Of a DNA stretch of 64,000 nucleotides, positions 14,925 to 30,962 are shown piece by piece. The stretch lies in assembly GCF_009914755.1 (NCBI RefSeq), contig NC_060942.1, one strand, 5' to 3'. The notes under the pieces were generated by a model, which was not told where the DNA came from, searched no databases, and was given only the letters and a program-made list of their open reading frames with translations. A program made the position numbers and the translations under genes. The stretch comes from the human T2T-CHM13v2.0 reference genome, Homo sapiens. Position 1 is the first letter of the stretch. Every line of letters begins with the position of its first letter.

Positions 14925-15045
14925 TTTTTTTCCCTGTAGTTAAAATATGCATAGCAAAATTTACCATCTTAGTCATTTTAAAGGGTACAATTCAGCGGCA
15001 TTCAGTACATTCACACTTTTGTGCAACCATCACCACCATCTACCT
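14925..15045 (-). mobile_element. L1M 3' end fragment
   Basis: aaaatttaccatcttagtcatttt...tacattcacacttttgtgcaaccatcaccacc. Confidence 0.75.
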
Positions 15046-16210
15046 CCAGCCATCCAGTTCCTTTTCATAACAGGAAATACATCTCCATAACAAGTATGAT
15101 TTTCCATTCTAAACTTGAAGTGAAGCTAAATCATCTCAGCATCATGCATGAGAGTGATAATTTAAAGAGTGAGACCATGTGCGCTAAAGACAGGTTTTCT
15201 GAGAGACTCTAAGGAATGGCAGCCCACTGTCTGCAATCGAGTCTGAGAACGCTCTTCTCCTTCTCAGAGCTGGTCCCATTCCCTGAGAGCTTCAATTACT
15301 CATGTCAGCATGGGGATGGGGGAATATTTAGAGAGCAATGAGCACTTATTAAAAAGGGCCAAGAGAGCAAGTTTTCAAAGCTAGAACACTCCAGCAAAAC
15401 CATTTCATATGTAAGCAGGCCCTCTGGAGTTAGCACACATATCCGCACCTGGACCCCACCTGGACATAATTAGTTTCCCTGAGCTCAGAGCAGAGCAAAC
15501 ACTGAAGAAAATGATGTCAAAAAATGGAGCAATCTGTCATGATCTGTGCTGCACAATTAAAGCAGTGTGCATTCTTTAAGAATTATGTAACACAGATGAC
15601 ACAGTATTTAGATAGCCAGAACTGGAAAACCATCTGGTTATGTTCTGCTTTACAACAATGATGTCTGTTTCTTGAATTGTGCTGTATGCCTTGGGATGGG
15701 TATCACAGAAAGAAAAGATGAAATGCTCTTGGTTGATATGTAGGAAGATCTTTTATCTACTTGAAAATGAACACATTCTATGGTCAAAGCTTTTAAAGTC
15801 CAAAAAAGCAGAATCCTCAGTTCTTAAGAATCAAAATGTAAAGCAGCCAAGGACTGAATAGACTCACAAGTCACAGCTGCACAGTGGTTAGTGTGCCATG
15901 AAACAAATGGGAAATGTATTCTGCAGACAAATGTGAGCCATTCTTGTCTCTCTCCTCCTGGGCCCTAAATCCCTGGGCTAGCACCCCATCTCCTCTGTGG
16001 TGTGTTCATCTTATCAGACTCTACACCATTGTCCTCTTGCTATGAGCACACAGGTTGAAATTAGCTCAGTGTTCCCCTCACTAGATGATTTTAATATTGA
16101 GTTAGTGCTTATTGACCAAAAATGGAGTGCCTAGAAATCCTAGTTTCTTGGGGTCACGCAGCAATCACTAGAAATAATTTATGAACGAATCCAGAAAGAT
16201 CGGTTCATGA

Positions 16211-16656
<446 letters not shown>

Positions 16657-17791
16657 TCATGCCCAGCTCCACCACAGCACTGTTAACTGCCTGCCCCTGG
16701 GGACTGTGTTCCTGAGGGCTCAGGTTCAGTTTCTGGGAGCAATGAATGGAACTGTTACTTCCCAGCCTCCAGCTAAGTGCTTCCACAGTCCTTATTCACA
16801 ACTGCGGGAGAGAACTTTACCTCCAGTTCAGAGATAGCGGGATAAGTCAAAGAGAGAACACAAAGTTGATACAAGGCCAAATGATGGGACAGGACTTTAG
16901 GTGCTGGGACTTCCTGAGGGTGCTCTCCCTGGGAATCCCCCAGCAGTGAGGGCACCCAGAGAGGGACGGGAAGGAGCTGAGCAAGTGAGGTCTCAGGTGG
17001 AGTCTGCCTTGGCCTGCCGAGGGTGGAGGGCTGCGGAGAGGGTCTCTGGAACCCAAATTGGACTGAAAAATTGTGCAACTTGGGCAAAGGAGTCAGGCTT
17101 TTGTGCCCCAGAATTAGCCATTATCAAAAGGGGATGGGGCACTCCCAGGGAGACACGTCACCTCCCAGGCTCATAGGTCAAGAAGCCATGAGTTAGAGAA
17201 GACCGCAGGTAAGAGCCCTCGCCAAGGGGCTCTGGGTGGGACATCGATCGAGTCCACCAAGGCCTTGCTGCCAGGGAGTGGGGACACCTGATGTGAGCCC
17301 AGATGAGCTGATGTCACTATGCCTTCCCTGACCCTCCGCCCTCCCCAAGTCTCATTGTCCTGCTGTCTTCACCAATCCTGCCTCTCCTTGCCCGTGTCCC
17401 AGTAACTGACCCATCAATCCACGTTTGCACAACAACTTAGTGGGGAGACAAATAAATCTGTGCTAAATAAAGGGGCAAATTTTGTGGGAATTTAGGAGAA
17501 AGAGAAATTACTTCTAACTAGGAGTTGGGGGTGTGTGGGTCAGAAATCAGGGATGGCCTCACAGAAGAGTTGCTTTTGAAAGTTGAGCAGGTGAGGAATG
17601 GGCAAAAGAGAATTTCAGGCTGGGAAAAGGCACATGGGCAGGAGACAGGGTGGCATATTTGGGAAACGATGAATAAACCTTGAGGCTTAGTTTCAGATAT
17701 TTGGAAGTACACCCTGGGAGATGGGCCTGCAGACATTGCCTGGGTCAGATCATGGAAACTTTCATCGTATTAAGGGATTAAAAGGTCATTC

Positions 17792-18097
17792 TTTTTTTTT
17801 TTTTTTTTTTTTTTGAGACAGAGTCTTGCTCTGTCGACCAGGTTGGAGTACAGTGGTACGATCTTGACTCGCTGCAAGCTCCACCTCTCAGGGTTCAAGC
17901 GATTCTCCTGCCTCAACCTTCTGAGTAGCTGGGATTACAGGTGCCCGCCACCATGCCTGGCTAATTTTTGTATTTTCAGTGGACATGGGGTTTCACCATG
18001 TTGGCCAGGCTGGTCTCGAACTCCTGACCTCAGGTAATCTGCCTGCTTCGGCCTCTCAAAGTGCTGGGATTACAGATGTGAGCCTCCTCACCAGGCC
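17792..18097 (-). mobile_element. Alu (S-type)
   Basis: Perfect TSD taaaaggtcattc at 17779-17791 and 18098-18110. Confidence 0.97.
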
Positions 18098-18984
18098 TAA
18101 AAGGTCATTCTTTTAAAAAATATAATTTTATTCTTAAGCTTTTCTGTATTTTCAAATTCTCTGCAAGTTGAAAAAAAGAGAAATGTACATTTACATTATA
18201 ACTGGGTGAAGGTAGATGGTTGACTCTCATAGGTGTTGGTGCAGAACGGTTAAGAAGGCTCCTTCTGTACCAGAAGTGAGGCCCAAGTAGGAGCTTATTC
18301 TGAGTCAGTGGAAATCGTGCAGACCTTCCAGAAGGGAATGATGTAATTGGAAAGCATTTTTGGATACTGCACGGCAGTCGTTTGAAGAAAAAACTGGAGA
18401 GATGGGGGATGGAAGCCTGGGAGTCACATTTTTTCAAGCAAGACATCACAGAGGGTGAGGCCCAGTGACAGAGATGACAGATATTCAAAGATGGAATGAA
18501 AGAGGTTTGGTGACTGGATATAAGCAACGAAACAGGAAGAATTGAATTTGGGTCTGATATTTCCCGGATGCAAGATCAGGAGGATGTTGGCACCATGGCT
18601 TAGTGGGGAAACTGGGGACCGATTCTGGAGGTATACCAGCATGGTGAGTTTGGTTTTAGATGGGTTGTGTTTGACATAGGGCTAGCAATTCTAAGTGAAG
18701 ATGTCTAAAGAAAGATAGAAGTGACTCAGCTCTGAAGTTCTGAAATGATCAGCCGTCAGCGTGGCATGAGGAAGACCTAGGAACAGACAGACTGGGGAGA
18801 AGACACAGAGCCAAGCAGGACCTGGCCTGCAGCCCAAACCCTGTGGAATCCCTACATTCAAGGACCAGGTTGAAGTGAAGCCATTGACAGGAACTGAGAT
18901 GCAGTAGTGTTCTGGAAGTCAAGTGAGGAGGAGGATTGAAGAAGAGGTTGGTCAAAATTCTGTAAGTGAAGTATGGAGTGTGAC

Positions 18985-19236
18985 TAGTATTGCCAGGTAA
19001 ATTATAGAAAGCCCAGTTCAATTTTAATTTCAGATAAACGATGAAATTTTTTTTTAGTGTAAGTGGCATGCAATATTTGGGACATGCTTATGTTGAGGAT
19101 ACCCTAATATTGCATGGGACATACTTATGAATAAAATATTGACAAACAAAATAAAATAATGAATAAAAATTATTTATCTTAAAGTCAAATTTAACTGGGC
19201 ATCCTGCATTTTTGTTTGTTGAATCTGACAATCCTA
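18985..19236. mobile_element. MER53 (hAT MITE)
   Basis: Palindromic structure: ttgccagg..cccagttcaattttaatttcagataaac...aaatttaactgggcatcctg..ctgacaatccta. Confidence 0.85.
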
Positions 19237-19786
19237 ACTATGACTCAAATTTAAGGATGTCATTAGTGAACTCGGTAGAGTGTTCCAATGAGCTCAGTTC
19301 TCCTGGCCCCCTTTGTACTTATGAGCAAGATGACAGGAGCCTTACAACAGGGGCCTGACTCGATTACTAGTCAACTCCGAGTGCTGTTGCCAGTATGCCT
19401 GTCTACATTTCTTTCTCTATTTTGTTGCGTCTTTGCCCCCAATGCCATCATAGCCATTCTGAGTTCATGGCTTCGTTGGTCTTCCTTCTTGGTTTCTAGA
19501 CCTCATTCAGCCCTGCACAGTCCTCTTTTGTTCCATGTTCCCTGTTCCAGGGGGGTTGCCCAGTGGAAACACCAGACTGCAAAGCTTTGAGAAGTCTGTA
19601 TGAGATGAACAACTGGAAAAGGTTCTTCGTGAAGAATTTGTGTGGTGAAGAGCTGGAATAGCGGCTTGAGGGAGAGAAGCCAGGTGAGAAAACTCAGGAT
19701 GTTTGTGTCTTTGGAGGGAAGAGATAAAGGAGAAAGGATGACGAAGCTGGTGGGGGCCTAGCACCTGAGAAGGGTGGAGGCCATGA

Positions 19787-20183
<397 letters not shown>

Positions 20184-20647
20184 GGAAGAGAAAGATTTGA
20201 GGAGCCCAAGTGAATTGCTTTTCTCAGTGAAGAGGAAATCAACATTATTGGCTGTGATATTGGGTTGGTGTGGGGTTGGGAGTTTGAAAAAGTGCACGTA
20301 TTTTTGATTCTTACTAGCTCCATTTCGGAGGTTGAATGTTTCCCCCTGATGTTTGTCTTCAACTTTGGGAAACTTCCTTACACATATAAAATGTATTAAC
20401 CGTTAGGTATTCATACTTTATTGCCACCTGTGGGTGACTCCCCAGTGCACTTGATGTTGTCCCTTGACAGGAACCAATGAGCATATTTGCAAGTGGGAAG
20501 GATCTGTGTGACATTAGGGTCCCCAGTGTCCTCTCTGAACATTTCAGGGCATAATATGAGACCACTGAAAAATATCTGTTATTAAAGCAGACCTAGATTA
20601 AGTTCCTTGAAATGTGGTGGTGTCAGCTTATTTTCAAATCCAAAACG

Positions 20648-20901
20648 GGGCCAGGCGCAGTGGCTCATGCCTGTAATCCCAGCACTTTGGGAGGCCGAGG
20701 TGGGCAGATCACCTGAGCTCAGGAGTTTGAGAACAGCCTGGCCAACATGGTAAAATCCCGTATCTACAAAAAAATTCAAAAATTAGCTGGGCGAATTGGC
20801 TCATGTCTGAAGTCCCAGCTACTCGGGGGGCTGAGGTGGGAGGATCACTTGAGCTGGAGGAGGTTGTAGTGACACCAACATCGCACCACTGCACTCCAGC
20901 C
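20648..20901 (+). mobile_element. Alu lacking 3' end and A tail
   Basis: Sense Alu stops at gcactccagcc and is followed by a T run. Confidence 0.9.
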
Positions 20902-20914
20902 TTTTCTTTTTTTT

Positions 20915-21055
20915 TTTAAAGGTTAAAATATAAGATTTTATGTTATATATATTTTACTACAATTTTTAAAAATACTGTAATATACCGAACCCATTGAACT
21001 GTACACTTTAAATGGGGGAATTGCATGGTTTGTGAATTATATCTCAATAAAGTTG
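20915..21055 (+). mobile_element. L1M 3' end fragments
   Basis: cattgaactgtacactttaaatgg...gaattatatctcaataaag. Confidence 0.75.
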
Positions 21056-22036
21056 TTGCTCATACCTTAGGGACACTTTTCCTTAACTCTGTATGCAGGC
21101 CACAGGCACCATGAAAAACCAGTTCAACTGGAAAAATAATCAAGTGTGAATGATTGGGGGAGGGAGGTAAATACAGCTGAAGAGATTCAGACAATTAACT
21201 CGGAACCTCAACATGCTTAAGAGGCTGAAGGCCATGAGCTATGGCAGAGGGAGACTGCATAGTTCAGAATTGCATGAGCCCAGGAGCTGTGCACAGGGTT
21301 ATTGTACTGGAAGGCTATTTATGCTAGCCTAAAGCTCTTCAGAGACAAGTCACCATGTGTAGCAAATTAAATAGGTTTTGATTTGAGGCTAAGGATGGCC
21401 ACATTTTGGGTATCAACCTGACCTTTTGCTGGCCTGGAAAACAGCAATATGAATCTGAGTTGAATCAGATGGGTCATTCCATCCTGCTCCTCTGAGTGAG
21501 GGTGTGTTTGGAACGGTGGGTGATTGATTTTTTTGAAATGTGCATTTGGAGTTCCAGGAGTGGCCATCCAGAGTGCCCACAATGTCACTGGACGAGACAA
21601 AACCATTCATCCATTCAGCAGCCGCACAAAGCAGCCTACACCAAGAAAACAACAATACATCCCCCAAACAGATCCAACAGCTGCTCATCAATCTGGTGCA
21701 AGCTGCAGGTTGCCTGACTAAATTACTGTCGAATAGGCAGACGAGCACAATTTGTCAGTCAGCATTGAGTTTAAATGAGCAGAGATGCACATAAAGCCAG
21801 CAATGCAATTGTAATTAAGAATTATAGGCATCAAGTTTCAACGAGTGCTTTCTTAAGGTAGCAGTGACCCATCTGTAAGGAGCATATGAGAAATCCAGAG
21901 CAGAATTAATCTCAGGGAATGGTCTACCCTCTACATTTTAAGCAATTCTTCATGTATGAAAGCGATGTGTAAATGATGGAGAATCTATGAGAGCTCAGGC
22001 TCTAGTTTTCCTATTTGCTTAAGAAAAAATTTATGC

Positions 22037-22325
<289 letters not shown>

Positions 22326-22429
22326 TTATATCAGGCATATTAAAGAGTGAATAATAATAACAATAATAATAATAAAGTGAAGTGATGCTTCTGAACGCAC
22401 CACCCAGATTAAGAAAAATAACATGTTGA

Positions 22430-22733
22430 TTTTTTTTTTTTTTAGATGGAGTCTCACTCTGTCGCCCAGGCTGGAGTACAGTGGTGTGATCCGGGCTGAC
22501 TGCAAGCTCTGCCTCCCGAGTTCACACCATTCTCCTGCCTCAGTCTCCCGAATAGCTGGGACTACAGGCTCCCACCACCACACCCGGCTAATTTTTTGTA
22601 CGTTTTTTTTTTTTTAGTAGAGACAGAGTTTCACCGTGTTAGCCAGGATGGTCTTGATCTCCTGACATTGTGATCCACCCGCCTTGGTCTCACAAAGTGC
22701 TGGGATTACAGGCGTGAGCCACCGCACCTGGCC
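22430..22733 (-). mobile_element. Alu (Y-like)
   Basis: Diagnostic gcaagctc, ttcacaccattc, gttagccaggatggtc; TSD catgttgattt. Confidence 0.92.
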
Positions 22734-22849
22734 ATGTTGATTTGTTTTAATGGTAGTTGCAATACTTGTGAGAGTGACATCCACCTGGATGCTGACTTGA
22801 ATGGAATTTCATAACTGTTGGGTACTGACCATGAGTTGGTGTGGGGACA

Positions 22850-23240
22850 TACAAAGTTGAACAAGACATAGGCTTGCCTCATAGTGTCTACAGCCTGGAA
22901 GAGGGAAGAAAGTGACAACACAAATAGTTCTGCATCTTATGAATTCATGGGAAGAGGAGAGGTGTCATAAGACAGGTATGCAGTGCTGCAGAGGTTTGGA
23001 GAGGTTGGATCAGGTTGGGGTGTGGAGGGCGGGGAGGGAAGGAGTTCAGAGAACCTTTCCTGAAGAAGGTAGCATCTGAGCGGACATCAAAGGTGAGCAG
23101 AAGCTGCGTAAGCTGAGAGAGGGTGGAAAAGAGGGCGTTTCCAGTGGAGGGACTTAGCACAAGCAAAGACAACAAACCCTTGGGCCTGTAAAGGAAACAA
23201 TAAATTAATTTGTCTAGAATGTGACAGTAGTGGAATATGA
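22850..23240 (-). mobile_element. L2 fragment
   Basis: acaagacataggcttgcctcatag...ttcctgaagaaggtagcatctgagc antisense L2 3' region. Confidence 0.6.
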
Positions 23241-23284
23241 GATTCAACGACTGTCCTAGCTCTTTTTGAAAATTTTGCTTTCTA

Positions 23285-23735
23285 CATAGTTACTTAATAG
23301 CTCCAATCTGGAAACAACCCAAATGTTCATTAACAGAAGACTGGATAAACAAATTGTGGCATATCCAGACAATAGAATGCTACTGAACAATTAACAAAAC
23401 TGTAGACACAACATCAACAAACCTAAAAATAATTATGTGTCATGAATGAAACCAGAAAAAAGAATAAATACTTCATGATCTCATTTATAAGAAAATTCTA
23501 GATAAGGCACAAACTAAGCTACAGTTAATATGTAGTTTCCAGGGGATTCGTTATCAGTAGTGCAGAGAGAAGAGGATTATAACAGACATGAGGTAATGTG
23601 TTGGGTGATAGATATGTTCATTATCATAGCTATAGAGATGGTTTGAAATATATGTACATGAAAAATGTATCAAACTGTATACTTGCAACATGAGTTTTAT
23701 TGCATGTCAATTATACTGCAATAAAGCGTTTAAAA
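23285..23735 (+). mobile_element. L1M (L1MC/ME-like) 3' end
   Basis: ctggaaacaacccaaatgttcattaacagaag...gtcaattatactgcaataaag. Confidence 0.8.
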
Positions 23736-25040
23736 AAGGGTTCTACATAAAAATACAAATCCACTTATTTTAGAAAACCAGAAGTTTTGGCAACCGTATG
23801 CTGATTCTGCCATCTCCAGCCTGATTCCTTGGGAGAGGTTAACCTTCCACAGTGGTGGCAAAAGTCAGCAGGCAATGAAGGCTATTTCCACCTGAGTCAC
23901 CAGAAAGAATGGCTAGGTCATAAGCCACATGGCTGGACTCTATCTACCTCCCTGTAATCTCCACTCTTTCACCTGTGCCAGCAATGGTTTAGAGATGAAC
24001 AGACCATAAAGACTATGGAAATCCAATAATCTTTAATGCATTTGCTCTGTCAGTGACATTTGCCATAGGAGAGAGAGAGATTTGGAATTTATAATTTGTA
24101 CACCCTGATTCTGCACAGCCTTAGTCTCTGACAATGTGTGAATGCATATTTGGAAGGGACACATTCTCCCAGTTTACTGCAATATCCTCGCTCCCTATTA
24201 ATTACACCCAGTGATTAAGCCCACAATGCCTTTTAAACTTTCCCAGCAAGCCTTGTACAACAATCCAAATCAGGCCAAAAGTAGGAGGAGAGCTATTTTC
24301 TTCCTGCCTGCTTTCCCTCTGAGCATACAAATTTGGAGGCCCCATAACAACTGCTCCCCTCTTCATGCTGGCAGAGCCTAATTATTTCTCAACTTATCCC
24401 TAAACAAAGAATAGATCACCAAAATACTTCAGATGAAACGTAGAGCAGACAGGTCCTGGGCTGGGAATCCAGGAGACTGATGCAACAAATGCAACAAAGA
24501 GCATTAAGAGACTAGCAATGTCCATGAAGAAGGGAACCTAATAAGTAAGCTGTCACAGCTCAAGTCCTCCTGGCCAAAGCCAGGTCATGTCCCTCTATAA
24601 CCAGCCAGTGAGAAGGGAATGAGGTCCCTAAACGGGTTCGGGGGATTCATGATTCTCTCTGGGGACTGGAGAGAGAGCCTGGAGGTCTCGCTTTCTTGAG
24701 CACATCGGGGTGACTGATGGACCCTGCCGGGTGGTCAAGGTGAGATGGCTTCTGGCACAGGTATTGGATGTGACATAATCCTTGCGAAGGGCCTAGACAG
24801 TTAAGGAAGTGCACCCTACCTCCTGAAAGCTCCCTCCATACCTGGCACTAAAAGGTATTATCACCAGTTCAGATATTTTGATATATATGGTTCGCTTCTG
24901 TCTGATGACTCCCTGCAAAAAGGCTACCCTCCAAGCTACCCTCTAGGGTGAGTCATTAGACAGAACAAGGATATAACACATCCCCTGCTCTCCTAAGGAA
25001 ATTCTCTCAGTGTGAATTTTCTTGTGCTGAATGAACAAAG

Positions 25041-25365
<325 letters not shown>

Positions 25366-25811
25366 TGAATGAGTAAAGGTTTTGCTAAAAAATTTCCCAC
25401 ACTGCCTCAGCATAAAGCCTTACTTCAGTGTCAACTTTTGGTGCTGAACAAGGCACTCCTTGGCTGAAACCTTCCCACATTCTATGCATTCATAAGGCTT
25501 TTGCAGGGTGAACTTTCTGGTGCTGAGCAAGGTTAGAGGGACAGCCAAAGGCTCTCTCACATTGTCCCCACTCATAAAACCTTTCTGTGTTGTGAACTTT
25601 CTGGTGCCCTGCAAGGTGGACATTTCTGCTGTAGGATTTCCCACACCTGCTGTACACATAAGGGCTTGCTCCAGAGTGAAGTCTCTGGTGGTGAACAAGG
25701 CTGGAGCTCTGGCTAAAGGATTTCCCACATTCTTTGCACTCATAAGGACTTTCTCCAATATGGGTTCTTTGATGTTGACCAAGTCCATATTTGGAGCTCA
25801 AAGATTTCTTA

Positions 25812-26588
25812 CGCAATGTAAATTAGTATAACCACTATGGAGAACAGTTTGGAGGTTCCTCAAAAAACTAAAAATAGAGCTACCATATGACCCATCAATC
25901 TGACTTCTAGTTATATACCCCAAAGAAAAGAAATCAGTACATTGAAGAGATATCTGCCCTCCCATCTTTGTTGCAGCACTATTCACAATAGCCAAGATTT
26001 GGAAGTAACCCAAATGTCCATCAACAGACAAATGGATAAAGAAAATGTGGTGCATATACACAATGGAGTAGTATTCAGCCATAAAAAAGAATGAGATCTT
26101 GTCATCTGCAACAACATGGATGGAACTGGAGGTCCTTAAGGTTAAGCAAAATAATCCAGGCACAGAAAGAAAACATTGCATGTTCTCATCTATTTGTGAG
26201 AACTAAAAATTAAAACAATTGAACTCATGGAGATAGAGAGTAGAAGGATGGTTACCAGAGGCTGGGAAGGGTAGTGAGGGCGAGTGAGGGGGAAGTGGGG
26301 TGTTTAATGTGTCCAAAAAATGGTCAGAAACAATGAATAAAGTCTAATATATGACAGCAAAAGAGTGTGACTATAGTCAATAATAATCGAATGGTACATT
26401 TAAAAATAACTAAAAGTGTATATTTGGATTGTTTGTAACATAAAGGATAAATGCTTGAGGTGATGGATACCCCATTTACCCTGATGTGATTATTACACAT
26501 TGTATGCCTGTATCAAAGTATCCATATACCCCATGAATAAATGTATATACCTACTATGCACCTACAAAAATTAAAATAATAAAAAAAA
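25812..26588 (+). mobile_element. 5'-truncated L1MA (L1MA1-3-like) inserted in the finger array
   Basis: ORF2 tail and 3' UTR (ggataaatgcttgaggtgatggataccccatttaccctgatgtgatt...), A tail; diverged TSD around the GKSF codons. Confidence 0.9.
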
Positions 26589-28066
26589 GGATTCCCCATA
26601 TTTGCTACACTCATATGGCTTTTCTCCAGTGTGAACTTTTGTGTTGAACAAAGTAAGCGTTTCTGCTGTAGGTCTTCCTACACTGGCTGCGCTCAAGGCC
26701 CTTCTCCCATGTGAGCTTACTTGTGCTGAATGAGATTGGAACTTCTTGTGCAGGTTTTCTCACATTCAGTGCACACATAAGGCTTTTCTCCAGTGTGAAT
26801 TATCTGGTGCTGGCCAGGAGTGTCTTTAGGACTGAATGCTTCTCCATAGTCAATGCATTTGAAATGTCCTTGTTGAGTATGAAACATGTCCCCATACATG
26901 GCACTCCTGCATGGCTTCTCATTGTGAATTGCTTGGTGCTGGAAGAGGCCAGAGCTGACCAGGTAGCCTTTTCCAACCTTGCTGCATGGAAATGGCATCT
27001 CTTGAGTGTGAACTCTGTGGCTCTTCAACAAGATGGCCCTGCCCTTGTTTTTTTCAGAAAGGTCTCTCTCCACTGTGCCCCTTCTGGGGCTGATGAAGAT
27101 TTGCACTGAAATTAAAGCTTCTCCCTCATGGTCCACACATGTACAGTTTCTGTGTAGGGTGTGTTCCACGGTGCTCAGCTGGCTGTAGCATGTCTTTTGG
27201 GACCCAGCCACCCACATCACAATGGAGGGCCTTCTGAGTGGAAGCACCTGCCTTGGGAGACCTGACCCGACTTGCTTAGAAGTTACCTCCTCAACCTCTA
27301 TTCCATGCCCACACTCCTCTGCAAATGGTTTTAGCTAGTCCTTGGATGTTGGTGACATTAGGTGTCTCCAGTCTCAGGAAAAACAAACTGCAACAGAGGC
27401 ACTGGTGTCAGGGATGTTTAAGGGTATGTATACCTCACATAACACATTAAATGCAGGCCAACAGTGAAGAGTAATGCCCAGATGGGGTCGTGCCTGTACC
27501 GTCAGGCACCCAGGACTCCTGGACCTGCTCCACTTAGGCAACTCCGTGGGATCTGAAAGATGCAAGTCTTCGGGGGGAAAGACAGTGCTGGAGAATAGCC
27601 ATCCCCTGCCCAGGGCAACCCTGCAAGGCCACAATTACAAAGTTCTCGTGCATCACATGGCAGTGCAGGAGTCTCTGAGCCTCATCAAGGAGTCTCCACT
27701 CCTCCTCCTCCTTCACCCCCACAATCTGTTCTCCACTCTGAGTTCTGGGAGGTTCTGTTATGTTAATAAATGAGTTAGATCACTTCCCTCATCTTTGGAT
27801 TTGGGGCTTCCCAAATCCAAAGCCCCACAACTCAGAATAGAGGCCCAAATGCTCACCCTGCAGTTCCGGCCTGAGTCCTGCCTCACTACACTCCTGTTCC
27901 ACAAGACAGAAAGGAGATTGTAGTCTAGGAACACTTCCAACTGTTTCACCCCCAAGCATTTGCAGACACTGGTTCCTGCTCCAGGGACAACCTTTGACCC
28001 CATGGTGCTCTGGTTGCCAGAAATATGAACTGAGCACAATAAGCCTTAGACTGGGAGGTCACTCTC

Positions 28067-28443
28067 TATATTAGTTTGTTCTCACACTGCTAATAAAGAC
28101 ATACCTGAGACTGGATAATTTATAAAGGAAAGAAGTTTAATTGACTCACAGTTCAGCATGGCTGGGGAGGCCTCAGGAAACTTACAATCATGGTGGAAGG
28201 GGAAGCAAGCATGTCCTTCTTTACACGGTGGCAGGAAGGAGAAGAATGACTGCCCAGCAAAGGTGGAAGCCCCTTATAAAACTGTCAAATCTCATGAGAA
28301 CTAACTCACTATAACGAGAACAGGATGGGGGGAACCACCCCCATAATGCAATTATCTCCACCTGGTCCCACTCATGACATGTGGGATTATGGGAACTACA
28401 ATTCAAGATGAGATTTGGGTGGGGACACAGCCAAGCCATATCA
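28067..28443 (-). mobile_element. THE1 (C/D-like) solo LTR
   Basis: Full LTR; 5-bp TSD ctctc at 28062-28066 and 28444-28448. Confidence 0.93.
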
Positions 28444-28624
28444 CTCTCCCTTATATAGGGATGGAGAGATCATGTGGCTGGGGTTCTGGGTGGATGTGGG
28501 TCTGGGGCACAATCCACTCACTTGTGAGTCCATCTGCAATGCCACCAGTTGGACTCTATGAAATGAGTGGGACTCAGAGGTGAAAACAGGGTGGATCCCT
28601 CGGGCTCATTCCACTGATTACTCC

Positions 28625-28780
28625 CACCCTTCCTGGGCAAGTGACCTCCACTGAGTGTTGTTCCCTGAGCCTCTGTCCTCCCTGTGTAAAATGAACAAAA
28701 GGATTAGGGATCCTGTTTCTGGATACCATGGAAACAGAGGTTGTGTGCAGAGGCCCTGGGAGGCATGGGCCTGGCTGGGA
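28625..28780. mobile_element. MIR fragment
   Basis: ctgggcaagtgacct...ctgagcctctgtcctccctgtgtaaaatg. Confidence 0.65.
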
Positions 28781-28853
28781 TCATGGCTCCTACTAAGGCA
28801 CAGAGAGGGTCCTGCTCTCTTCCTGATTCTACTGAGCTCATTTTATGTATTAG

Positions 28854-29222
<369 letters not shown>

Positions 29223-29354
29223 TGAGCTCACTTCTTTTAAGATTCTCACTTCACTGGAAAACATTCCATCCACAAAGGGCTAACTTTCCTTATTACCTAA
29301 AGACTCAGGTCGAACACACCCAGACTCAATCCTATATAGGAGGGTGTGAGAGGA

Positions 29355-29690
29355 GAAAATGGTTGGTTTTGGCCATTCATTATCCATTCTGTCTTCCGAA
29401 CAGTACCCCACATTTATTTGGGCAAATACCTCTTCGCCAATATGAGCCTATGCAATATGCTAAGGGGTTGGCTCCAGTTTTATCTTCTAGTCATAGTTGA
29501 TTGGTTCATTTAAAGCCAAGTGATCTGATTAGGCCCCATGAGAGCAAGATCCAGGGCTTTGGAGACTGTTAAGGAAGCTGAACAACCCCAGCTGGTTATA
29601 AAGCTGAGGGAAGGTAAAGGCTAGAGCTACTGCAGCCACCTTGTGATCATGGGAAGACCCTGGCTCAGAATGAAGTCAACACATTGAGGT
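29355..29690 (+). mobile_element. Old MaLR LTR (MLT1K-like)
   Basis: tgattggttca...ggccccatgagagc...gcagccaccttgtgatcatg...gaatgaagtcaacac. Confidence 0.55.
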
Positions 29691-30290
29691 GCGGGTCAAA
29701 AGTCAAAGTATTTAATAAGGATATGCCACAGGCACTAATCAGTCAGAGTGTACACAAGCTGGTATGCTGTCCTGGGACTCTGCCTGTAGGAACTCATAGC
29801 TTTTGAAAAAAAAAGTTTTATTCATGATGTATTATCTCAAATAAAAATACTATCATGTAATGATATACCTATAATTTTTATTTGTACATAACCTTGCCAT
29901 ATTGCTCCTAAAATATTTACAATAATTTCTTAATATTATCTAAAACTAAGATTATCTTCAGTTTTCCCCATTTGTTTCAAAAAATTTTAAAAAAATAGTT
30001 TGTTTGCTTGAATCAAGATTTAAACAAAGTTACGGTATTTTATTGCTAATAAAAAGGACTCCTTATTCTGGAAACTGTTAGAAACAACAGTTTCTAACAT
30101 GCATGAAGTTATGGGTTCAAATCTTTGCTCCTCCATTAGCTGTGCTCTCAGATAATCCACCTAACCTTTTAACTTGCCTCAGTAATACCTAACTCAGAAA
30201 GTTGTTGGGAAGATTTTGTGAAATGGTGTATGCATAGAACAAAATCATCAGTCTGTGTGAGTAAATAAGGTTACTTTGCTTGGTGGTTAA

Positions 30291-30962
<672 letters not shown>

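Noticed and set aside
17190-17215. Strong splice donor CAG/GTAAGA (also AAG/GTAAGT near 6684)
   Set aside because: Isolated donors are expected by chance; no supported exon chain
20470-20495. CCAAT plus octamer-like ATTTGCAA as a promoter
   Set aside because: Imperfect octamer, no CpG island or other promoter evidence
25798-26181. 127-aa hydrophobic ORF
   Set aside because: Antisense translation of the L1MA insertion
26717-27247. 176-aa ZNF ORF as a functional gene
   Set aside because: Fragment of a pseudogene with frameshifts, stops, broken Cys/His ligands and TE insertions
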